Assembly: GCF_001194135.2 (NCBI RefSeq)
Contig: NC_068984.1
Location: forward strand, 500,254 to 564,253
Reading direction: 5' to 3'
From: Octopus bimaculoides
Taxonomy: Eukaryota
DNA length: 64,000 nucleotides
The notes under the pieces were generated by a model. The model did no database searches, was not told where the DNA came from, and saw only the letters and a program-made list of their open reading frames with translations. The number at the start of each line of letters is the position of its first letter. Within the stretch, counting starts at the first letter, position 1. Position numbers and translations under genes: made by a program. Of the stretch, positions 12,669 through 22,619 are shown piece after piece.

Positions 12669-13431
12669 CAATAGCCACACGATATTCTCTATAGTCATTT
12701 CGGTCTCCAATGTGTTTCTGGTAATTAATTATTCATAGAAAATGTATAGATATATGTTACCTTTTTAAATAGCAAAGAGAGGCGTTGGAGAATTTTACTG
12801 TTTAATACACCCCAGAGTATATAGACACGCTGATAATAAATATATCGCTTAAGTTGTTTACAAAAGTACTCGGATCATAGAATTTTGCATAAAATGTAAA
12901 TGAAAGAGTATGATAATGCGGAATCTTGAGCGCTCTATATTCGTCACTTTTTATATATCTCCGGTTATAACATTAGGGTGTATATAAACAGAAAAATAAA
13001 TTTTGGAGACTTCCTTTGTTATTTCAATAACATATCATGTGCATGTATACATTTTCATAAACACTTTACTATAAGAAATTTAAAAAAAACGAACGTTTGG
13101 GACATTCCCCAAATATATTTGCCGGAGTGAATAGGACAGTAAACATCCAAAGTTATCCAACCTTAATATAAGATTATTCTAAAAACCTTCAGACAAAAGA
13201 AAGAGGCGAAAAACAACCAAGCATAACTTCCGACAGCCAACTTCATTTCACAGGCAGCATTGTCTATCATATATGAAGAACAGTCATACAAACCATGTGT
13301 ACTAAATATCCACTACAAACATAGTCCAGAGCAGTTTGGTATAAGCCGCAGACTCTCCATATTACACTACTTCTGAAAATCGGGAACTTTGAAACCGGTA
13401 AAATAATAAACTTTCTTCAAGTGTGTGTGTA

Positions 13432-13474
<43 letters not shown>

Positions 13475-13477
13475 GAG

Positions 13478-13680
13478 AATGTACGAAAAAACAACAGACG
13501 AGGACAGGTGGTGTAAACAACAAAAGGATGTATTAGTATGACGCTCGGGAATACGGAAAGTCTTTAACGTTTCGAGCTACGCTCTTCAACAGAAAGAATA
13601 CGGAGACAAGGAGAAATAAAGGAGGTTTACAAAAGTGGAAAAGTTCAAAAGTTTTTTAGACGTCGTGGTATATTGAGGCG
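13478..13680 (-). mobile_element. Penelope-associated terminal repeat (pLTR-like)
   Basis: Homologous to 17340-17510, 53040-53190 and 59010-59170; lies downstream of the minus-strand GIY-YIG fragment across the gap. Confidence 0.65.
13561..13597 (-). ncRNA. Minimal hammerhead ribozyme motif (one core substitution)
   Basis: tcttt-CTGTTGA-a-gagc-gta-gctc-GAAA-CGT-t-aaaga; 5-bp stem I, 4-bp stem II; A6 position is T. Confidence 0.55.
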
Positions 13681-14519
13681 ATTTCCAATCATATATATAT
13701 ATACGTGTGTGTGTGTGTGTGTGTAGAAGGTTGAAAAGGAACACACGAGTTGATATATATGNNNNNNNNNNNNNNNNNNNNNNNNNNNNNNNNNNNNNNN
13801 NNNNNNNNNNNNNNNNNNNNNNNNNNNNNNNNNNNNNNNNNNNNNNNNNNNNNNNNNNNNNNNNNNNNNNNNNNNNNNNNNNNNNNNNNNNNNNNNNNNN
13901 NNNNNNNNNNNNNNNNNNNNNNNNNNNNNNNNNNNNNNNNNNNNNNNNNNNNNNNNNNNNNNNNNNNNNNNNNNNNNNNNNNNNNNNNNNNNNNNNNNNN
14001 NNNNNNNNNNNNNNNNNNNNNNNNNNNNNNNNNNNNNNNNNNNNNNNNNNNNNNNNNNNNNNNNNNNNNNNNNNNNNNNNNNNNNNNNNNNNNNNNNNNN
14101 NNNNNNNNNNNNNNNNNNNNNNNNNNNNNNNNNNNNNNNNNNNNNNNNNNNNNNNNNNNNNNNNNNNNNNNNNNNNNNNNNNNNNNNNNNNNNNNNNNNN
14201 NNNNNNNNNNNNNNNNNNNNNNNNNNNNNNNNNNNNNNNNNNNNNNNNNNNNNNNNNNNNNNNNNNNNNNNNNNNNNNNNNNNNNNNNNNNNNNNNNNNN
14301 NNNNNNNNNNNNNNNNNNNNNNNNNNNNNNNNNNNNNNNNNNNNNNNNNNNNNNNNNNNNNNNNNNNNNNNNNNNNNNNNNNNNNNNNNNNNNNNNNNNN
14401 NNNNNNNNNNNNNNNNNNNNNNNNNNNNNNNNNNNNNNNNNNNNNNNNNNNNNNNNNNNNNNNNNNNATCTCTTGAGTGTATCATTTTTAATATTTGTGT
14501 GTGTGTTTGTGTTATTCTA

Positions 14520-15050
14520 AGGCCGTGGTGGATATGTCGTTTGTTGTAGATGTGTTCAAAAGGGGTCTGTATTTTGTAATAAAGAGAGTCTCTTTACTAA
14601 TTCGTTGGCTACAGGTTGTATCGTCCCTGAATTGGTAGAGGGAGAAAGTTCTGAAGCTTGAATCTTTGTCATTGGCGTAAATGTCGATGTGTTGGCTGAA
14701 TGCTATTTTTCTGTTTTGGGGAATTTTGATCTGGGATCTGTGCAGAACCATCATATAATGTAGACTGTTTTTTGTTTGGCCTATGCATTACTCTTGACAC
14801 CCAGAGCACGTTAGTGCGTATATCAGGTTTTCCGAAGCACATGTGAAGTTGCTTTTCACTGTGAAATTAAATTGACGCATATCCAACAGTTGGGTCTTCC
14901 GCATTTTTTTACTGACAACTTCTGTGTTGTTGAACGTATTTGGGCTTGTGTTAGGAAACTTTTCATGGATTTCGGTTGTCTCTTGCTTTTTATGATGGTG
15001 TGTGTTTGTTGGATTAAATTCATTCTGTGGTAATTTTTTAGCACTATCTA
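14520..15050 (-). mobile_element. Penelope-like element GIY-YIG region
   Basis: VKKCGRPNCWICVNLI Cys motif, then FSQHIDI...RISKETLFITKYRPLLN; same family as 53225-53600. Confidence 0.7.
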
Positions 15051-15212
15051 TCTATCTATGTATATATACACACACACGCATTCACACATAAATTAACATA
15101 GGAAATGTAACAAGAATTTTATCATATAATGTATGCGTGTTTCAGGTAATTGGTTTCAACTGATTGGGCATACAAGATAATATGAGCTAGCATATGTATA
15201 CAGGATGTAGTT

Positions 15213-15251
<39 letters not shown>

Positions 15252-16386
15252 ATAAACAAAGAAAAGCGGACTAAGGTGAGGTGGAAGAAAATTGTAGTGC
15301 GTGGCAGCCGAAGGAATCCGTTTCATCTAATAAGGTGATTAATTTGTTGCTATGACAGAGTTTTCGTCACATGCTGTAATCTTATCAATGACGCGCTTCT
15401 CCTGCATTTATTCCATGTAAGTATAAACTTACACCGGACTCTGTGCCACTTCTTCAATATATAATTGTCTATTTTCATGTTTGGGTATTTATAATCCACA
15501 AATTCTTTGTATATAATTCTAAATGGGGTGGCATTCCTGTGGTTCTATTTGTATAAGGGGGCGAGTGTCTATACCAATGTTGTGTGCGAGATTTGATAGC
15601 TTTGTGAATTGTTGTTTCTGTGGTTTTAACTTAAATTTCATTACCTGTGCGTGCCCCCCCACAAACACATATCTACACACCTGTATACATATACTTCCTA
15701 AGCTTTCAACTTTGTCATTCTATTCCGTTAAATGATTGCTGATTTGTCGCTTGATTTTTGTTTCTCTCTTTCCAGCCATTCATAATCGACGTTTAGCAAC
15801 AAATGGTTTTACTATCTGTTTCTTAATTAAGGTTCTGCTTTTCTATATTTATCTTGCAAATACAAATCCATACGTACCTGCCACTACCATATAAATACAC
15901 ATTCGTATACATACATACATACAAATGTATAATGTATCCATCTGTATACATATGTGTATACATATACACACATATATAAGAGTATAAATATTATATGTAT
16001 ATGTACGTAGGTATATAGATATATATATATATATGCATGTAATTTATAACAAAGGAATAAATATCCATAAAAATGCATCTAACTACTTAACTGCGGCTAT
16101 CACATGTAATCGATTATGGCTTTATATCAGCATGTAACATGCTTTTGATAATGGTTTTAGGTTTCTTATGTAGACGAGTATAGACAAGGACAACAATCTT
16201 ATCTCTACCAACTGGTAGAACATCCATACTACGAGAGCGAGAGAGACGCGTGCGCAGGAACACTATGGTGGTAAGTGATCGTATAAAAGACGAGTGGACT
16301 TCAGCAGGTTTAGAACTCCGATCTTTCAAAGTTTGAACAAATATAAGCAACGCATTCGAACCACCACTGTTACTGGTTCGCCTTTA

Positions 16387-17199
16387 CAGGTTATCCCAAA
16401 AGTCACTGATGAGATTCAATTGTTAATAACTTCCATAACTTTACAAATAAATACATAATGGAAATTAATATGCACAAGTCACATTTTGCAACACCACAAC
16501 ATCACGTTTGAAAAATGATATCACTTAAATGGCAGTCATTTTCGACTTCACAAGCCCGTGCTCTTTCCAAAACTTGCACCATAACACCCTCAAGAGTTTC
16601 AGACTCCACTTCTCTGATTTCTCTATTGATGTTCTCCTTCAGTTGCACCAGTGTCTTCGGGCAGATCAAGTCTGAGGAATGTGAAGGCCATTCAAAGTAG
16701 ACTTCACACATGGTTCCAGCAAGATAAGGCAACTGCTCATACCGCAAGAGAAACAATGCAGTTGCTACGGCAGTGCTTTGGAGAGAGACTAATCTCCCGC
16801 TACGGCAATGTCAACTGACATTCACGTTCTCCAGGTTTGACTAGCCCAACTTTTTTATTGTAAGGACAACTGAAAGAGAGGGGTTTACGTCAACAAACCA
16901 GAAACCCTGGGGCAACTGAAGGAGAACATCAATAGAGAAATCAGAGTATTTGAGTCTAAAACTCTCGAGGGTGTTATGGTGCAAGTTTTGGAAAGAGCAC
17001 GAGCGTGCGAAACCGGAAATGACTGCCATTCAAGCGATGTCCTTTTTCAAACGTGATGTAGGAGTGTTGCAAAATGTGACTCGTGCCTATTAATTTCCAT
17101 TATGTCCTTTAATATTGTACCAAAATTTCATGCATTTATTTGTAAAGTTATGGAAGTTATTAAAAATTGAAACCCATCTGTGAATTTTGGGACATCCTG
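16387..17199. mobile_element. Tc1/mariner-derived foldback element: two inverted transposase 3' ends, flanked by TA
   Basis: TA|caggttatcccaaaa ... ttttgggacatcctg|TA; right arm WFQQDKATAHTARETM...QLKENINREI...FQT*; left arm is the reverse complement of the same C-terminus. Confidence 0.9.
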
Positions 17200-17339
17200 T
17201 ATTTACTCACACATACCTGCAAACATATATATGCACACATACATGTGCATACATACACACTTGTATAAACATGCACCTATTCATTTATATATTTATAAAT
17301 GTATATATATGTATGTATATATAACTACATGTGAATCGT

Positions 17340-17510
17340 TGGCGATTTTCTTCCTCCGTCTTCCTTTCTATTGGACTTTCCTCTGTTTCTGAAGAAGAGC
17401 TTTGCTCGAAACATTAAACCATCTTTCTTTCCTTCCATGAGCGTCTGCTAATACTTTACATGTACCACGTGCTCGCGTTGTTGTTTTTTGTGTTTGTTCA
17501 TCTTCCGGCG
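17340..17510 (+). mobile_element. Penelope-associated terminal repeat (pLTR-like)
   Basis: Homologous to the other three copies (gagc..gctcgaaac.tt...gagcgtc..ctaatac). Confidence 0.6.
17385..17419 (+). ncRNA. Minimal hammerhead ribozyme motif (intact core boxes)
   Basis: gttt-CTGAAGA-a-gagc-ttt-gctc-GAAA-cat-t-aaac; CUGANGA and GAAA intact; ACGT palindrome changed to ACAT. Confidence 0.6.
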
Positions 17511-19433
17511 TACGTACACTTTGAACTTTTATATGTAAGTATATATTTATCTAAATTCTGTACGACTATTCTTTCTTTCTATCAGCCCTTTCACGCTCAT
17601 TCGTTTATATATTATATATATAAGCAGGAATGAAAAGGCAAGCGTTTGGCAGGACTTGACAATGACATTTAATTTAGTTATATATTAACAAAACGGTGTA
17701 CCTAACAGCTGTTTCTAGAGTATCCAAGCTACTAGAACATTGTACCGAGTGAGGATTCCATAATCAAAGAAGAAGCTGTTAAACAGGAACATTACTCATC
17801 GATTACATTATTGTAGTTCATTTTATCAAGAGATAGAGGCGGAATCCAATTAACAATCCAATTAAAATAGATATTCGTTTGGTAGATCCCTAAACAAGAG
17901 AAGAAAATCGGTAATATCCATTAGTAGAATCAAAACAGAAAGAATGGTTTGATTATAATGCATGGTGAGGGAAATAGATATTACCAGATCCAATGTTGGA
18001 TAAAGCCGTCAGTCTGTTATAAACTTTCTATTGAGTGGGTGTGTTCGGCTCTTATATGCATTGACTCTGTAACTTACCAAACCGCTAGATGTTGCAAGCA
18101 CATGGAAAGGATTTTTATTTTCGTGTTGTCGTTTCTCTGCAGTGGGTTGTTAGAATACCGACGGTGGTTCCTATTCATTGTTACTCATGCCAGTGTTATA
18201 TGCTTCTACATAAGCTACAGGTCGGTTCTCCTAAATAAGTTGTGCCAGTGTTCCTACATTATCTTTTCGTGTATCTATTGCTGAACGCTACACCTCTAGT
18301 CTACCATTTACCTGTTGATTTCTTTTGTATACCTTGCAGTCGTGTCACAGGATTTTCCTGCATGAGTATATCCTATTGATTAATTGTCTAATGGATCTAC
18401 CCAGTTGGCATTTTACCTTAATTATACATTTCGTTTAACCTCAAGCTCTCCTATATCCATAAATTGGTTCCTTCCTGATGACAGTACCGACAAACATTAT
18501 ACCCTTTTGAAATTGTTATCCTGCTATGAATCTAATTTCTTTTCTTATTGCCGGATTCTACAATTGGACCCCACCTCCAAACAAATTGTTGTTCATTGTT
18601 TTAAACTTTTTTCTGTGTCAGTTGTTCACTCTGTGCCTTTCTTTTTGGGTTACAGCTGAAAAATTGCTTGAGATGGATGAAAATCTCCAGCATCTTACCA
18701 ATCTAAGGATTGGTAGCTGATTTTTTCCTCTTCTTTAATATAGCCAGAATTCAGTAGACTGGCACTTCATGGCCGTAAGTTTCTCATAAAATGATAGAAA
18801 GATTTGTTCTTTTCTTATCCTTGGTTTCTAACCAGAATTCTGTACCTTGGACGGAAAGTCTACCATTGGAATATTTAGACTGATAACCAATTTTGATATT
18901 ATTTTGGATTGAATTAGTTGTCTTGGATAGTCTTGATGCTGTTCTCTTCTTATTTTTGAGCACGTTCTTTCTTTGTTTGTTTCCATTCTTTTTAATTTTC
19001 ATTTATTCTTTCGTCTCTTCCTTCTCCCCTATATTTTTTTCGATTATTACTTTCTTACATTCTTTTTTCGTTCTTCCTGTCCTTTTGTTTTCCATTTATT
19101 CACTCATCAATTCATTCTTCCTTATTTTGTCTCTTTTCCTTCTCTATTTTTACTTAAATTATTGTTTTGTTTTCACCTGTCTAGTTCTTCCAACCTTTTC
19201 TTACAAAATAAATCAACTCAGTTATTCGCTGTTTATACCATCCTCCTCCTAACCCTCATTTTGCTATTCAGCTCCTTCCTTCTCACTCTCTCCTTCTCCT
19301 TGCAGCCATTGCTTAATCGCTTCCAATTTCCGCCATTTTATGTAAAATAACACCGAACTAACAATTACCTGACCTAAAACATTAGCGATTTCAGGTGAAA
19401 AGCCTTTATAATATTCCTCGTTTATTTTTACAG

Positions 19434-19556
19434 TTAAATCAAGAGGATTGATACAAATACTGCTGGGTGTTAAATCAAGCGAATTGATACATTTCCCGCT
19501 GCTTGTATTTGTTTGCTACACAAGAGAAGAAAAATGGAAGAATCACGTAGAAGCAG
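19434..19556 (+). other. Possible isolated exon
   Basis: tttatttttacAG acceptor, 123 nt, CAG|GTAAAA donor; one frame open throughout; no recognisable protein. Confidence 0.2.
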
Positions 19557-20504
19557 GTAAAAATCTTGCAGTAACATTTGGGATTCATGAATTGAAGCCA
19601 GGATAGAAACTGCAAGTTTAGTCAGATACGTCAAGTGAAAATGATTAACAGAATAAAGGAATGAAGTTGTTCAGAATAAAAGGAAATGTAGGAAGTTATT
19701 TTATCAAGATGATCGCAGCAGAATACAAAGTTTTCTACAGAATGAAAGAGATACACGTTTCCCTTTTTTTATATTTAACAAAAATAATAATAATAAACAT
19801 AGGTTCGGAATATTAACTGAATATATTTGCTTTAATCTTATAAATAGGAAAATGGCAGGGAGACAGGAAACTACAACAGCTGATGATGTTTTTTTAATGA
19901 ATTGTAAGGATGGGGGACGAGAGGCAGATGTGAAACTACTGCTGCTGTGGCGGTTGCTGTTTCTGCTAAATTCTACAGCAATCAATAAATCTGAGGTATT
20001 CTTTGTCTGCTACGATCAGTGAGCTCAGAACCAATGTCATTCTAGTCACATATTGCATCAATAAAAATAATAGCATCAGTTATCTATTCAAAACAATTAA
20101 TACTAATCACAGTGAGATCGATACGTTCGAATCAGATAGGTGTGGTGAGCACCAATAACATATTGGGTCAATATGGTAGGCATTCAGTCGAATACTTGAG
20201 TAGACTTATCCAAATGTGCCTCCGCCCCAATTGTATGACATTATACTAATATTAGAAAGCTTTTTTTTTTTTTTTGAACTGGGTGAATGATAGAATCGGT
20301 GGAGCAACGGATGTAATATTTTGGAGTATTTATTGACGTCTCTACGTTCTGAGTTCGATCTCTGGCTACATAGACTTTATCTTTAAGGGTCAACTGAAAT
20401 GATTAAGTTTTGGAATATACCCAATCGACTGCAACACCAACAGCAGTAGCAGCAGGGACAGCAATAACAACAACAAACACAAAGAAAAACAGAATAAATC
20501 AAGT

Positions 20505-20708
20505 GAAACGCTGGTTAGAGAGTTGGAAAATGCCTTGTGGTATTTCGTCCAGTTCTTTACATTCTGAGTTGTAGTCCCACCGAGATCAATTTTGCCTTCA
20601 TCCCTCCGAAGTCGATAAAATAAAGTTCCAATCAAGTATTCATGTCCAAAGTATCGACTAACCAGATCTCCTTAAAAATTGCTGGCATTGTGCCTAAATT
20701 AGAAACAT
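20505..20708 (+). mobile_element. SINE family B, degenerate
   Basis: ggtatttcgtcc...ttctgagtt...ttttgccttcatccctccgaagtcgataaaataaagttcca matches the family B body. Confidence 0.6.
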
Positions 20709-20719
20709 TTCTTTTCCTC

Positions 20720-21025
20720 CTCCTCCCATCCTTATTTTGTTTGGGTTGTATTATTGAACTGTCTTGCGTAGGATGCGGGCTGTTCCCAGCTGGGCTAGTT
20801 TTTGGTGAGTGTGTAGTGTTGAAGGTCCAGGTAGATCTTCTACGTTTTTGTTCATATGTATTTTATCATATCCACTGCTCCAGTTATTACTGGTCTTGTT
20901 TTCACCGCCATGCCTCATATCTTCAATGCTTCAGTTTTGAGGTCTTTGTACTTTGACAATTTCTCCACTTCTTTTTGGGCAGTGTTTTGGTCAGAAGGGA
21001 CACCAATGTCTATCAACAAGCAGGT
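20720..21025 (-). mobile_element. REL non-LTR element, 5'-truncated 3' end
   Basis: TCLLIDIGVPSDQNTAQKEVEKLSKYKDLK...LGTARILRKTVQ*. Confidence 0.85.
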
Positions 21026-21054
21026 GTTATTGTTATTATTATTATTATATTTTA

Positions 21055-22048
21055 TATTTATACAAGTTGGCTCCAAGTCTCGCCCAGATACCTCAAGAGA
21101 CAACAAGTTAGAAGTTCATGTTGGTATTATGCCTAGGGTGCCATATATTTGGTTTTGCACATAGTATTGTTCTAGAGAATGTTTAAGAAATCATAAGAAA
21201 ATTATGAGTTTGTTTTAAAATTTGGGATTACATAGACAGCATTTTACGTAGGATATGGGCAGTTCCCACGAGCACTATCTTTTGAATTTCTGCCATTTTT
21301 GGGTTCCCTAGTATCTGAGCTAGGTAGCAATCATCCCCTTTTGCTATCATTACTAGGGCACCTTTGACTACAGCTATTTTTATAGTTTTCAGGTTCCACA
21401 TTTTGCCAATTTCTATCTCAAGATCTTTATATTTGCTCAGTTTTTGGTAGGTCTTGACTGATACGTTTATATCAACTGAGACAGTCATATCAATGGGGAG
21501 GCATGATTTTTGTCTAAAGTTTTTCAATATGATGTCTGGCCTATTTGCATCTATCTTTCTGTCAGTTTGAATGGTGAAGTTCCAGAGGAGTGCGATGTGA
21601 TCATTTTCAAGTACTGGGGGTGGTTTGTGTTCCCACCAGTTTTTATCATGGGGCAAGTCCAGGTTTTTGCAAATTACCCAGTGAATATATTGTGCAGCTC
21701 TATCATGCCTGTTGAGATACTCTGTAGGCGCAAGCAGACTGCACATGGAGACAACATGATCGATGGTCTCATTCTGTTGTTGGCATATACGACATAATGG
21801 GGAGCTGCCATTCTTTAATATGTTGGCCTGGTAGTTCTTTGTAGGTAGGCATTGATCTTGGGCAGCTGTGATAAACCCTTCTGTTTCTGATTTCAAGCCA
21901 GACGCCATTAACCACTGACGGGTAAGGGCTTTGTCAGCGTCGGCATTATTCGCTCTCTTTGGGTATTTGTCATTCAGAGGTTTTTCTTGCCATTTATCAG
22001 TCATAATATCTAAGGCAGTAGTTTTAGCCCTGGGTTTCATACGCTCTT
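21055..22048 (-). mobile_element. Dong/R4-like REL non-LTR element, 5'-truncated, with an uninterrupted 270-aa C-terminal ORF (21228-22040)
   Basis: SGLKSETEGFITAAQDQ, CRICQQQNETIDHVVSMC (CCHC), RHD, RPDII...IDMTV...KLSKYKDL (PD-(D/E)xK); 3' end runs into (AAT)n. Confidence 0.92.
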
Positions 22049-22164
22049 ACGGCCATATCACGCTGAGAGCACCGGTTCTCGTCCGATCACCGAAGTTAAG
22101 CAACGTCGAGCCTAGTGAGTACTTAAATGGGTGACCGCTTGGGAAACCTAGGTGCTGTAAGCAT
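22045..22164 (+). rRNA. 5S: 5S rRNA copy, full length, probably a variant or pseudogene
   Basis: 120-nt match to the metazoan 5S pattern (cttacggccatatcacgctgag...gctgtaagcat); terminal helix pairs; box A agttaagcaacgtcg; box C reads taaatggg rather than tggatggg; first base T rather than G. Confidence 0.92.
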
Positions 22165-22171
22165 CGCACAC

Positions 22172-22177
22172 TTTTTT
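22172..22177 (+). terminator. Pol III T6 terminator 7 nt after the 5S 3' end
   Basis: gcat-cgcacac-tttttt. Confidence 0.7.
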
Positions 22178-22181
22178 CCAC

Positions 22182-22234
22182 GGCGGTGCATCAGCATGGC
22201 CGCAGCTCTAAGCTGAAACTATAAAAAAAAAAAA
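22182..22234 (+). mobile_element. SINE family A 3' tail plus A12
   Basis: ggcggtgcatcagcatggccgcag..ctgaaac versus ggcggtgctccagcatggccgcag..ctgaaac at 46082. Confidence 0.8.
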
Positions 22235-22239
22235 TTATT

Positions 22240-22375
22240 GTTTCATTTACACACAACCGATTAAACTATTGGAAAAGAAAAATTCCTAACATTGGGCAAC
22301 AATAAGTAACCTTAGCTACGAAGAACCCACCTAAGCATCCTAGCTGTCCCTAATAGCACAGTTTTCTGGAGATGT
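22240..22375 (-). mobile_element. Very short REL LINE 3' end
   Basis: LQKTVLLGTARMLRWVLRS* plus a 3'UTR homologous to the adjacent copy. Confidence 0.75.
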
Positions 22376-22399
22376 TATTATCACTATTATTATTTTCAT

Positions 22400-22585
22400 A
22401 TACACTCAACAGATTAGACTGCTGAAAAAGGAAAGAATCCTAACATTGGGTTACAGCAAGTCACCTTAGATGCTAAGAACCCTCCTAAGTATCTTAGCTG
22501 TTTCTAATAACACTACTTTCTGCAGCTGTACTAAACTGGGTTTATGTCCATTTCCTCCATCCGTCTGTTCAGAACGTTAGTGTCA
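22400..22585 (-). mobile_element. Very short REL LINE 3' end
   Basis: VQLQKVVLLETAKILRRVLSI*; bounded by TAA-like tracts. Confidence 0.75.
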
Positions 22586-22619
22586 TTATTATTATAGTTA
22601 TTATTATTATTTTTATTAT

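Noticed and set aside
10024-14549. Long ORFs of 224-463 aa in the ORF track
   Set aside because: They read through N gaps; only the Tc1 N-terminus at 11185-11415 is real coding-derived sequence
17620-18990. 1.4 kb of complex sequence with several 60-110 aa ORFs
   Set aside because: Stops in all frames; probably a heavily decayed retroelement, but no motif was clear enough to call
22240-22585. Apparent ~110-bp local tandem duplication
   Set aside because: Explained as two separate short LINE 3' ends, each encoding the same C-terminal motif
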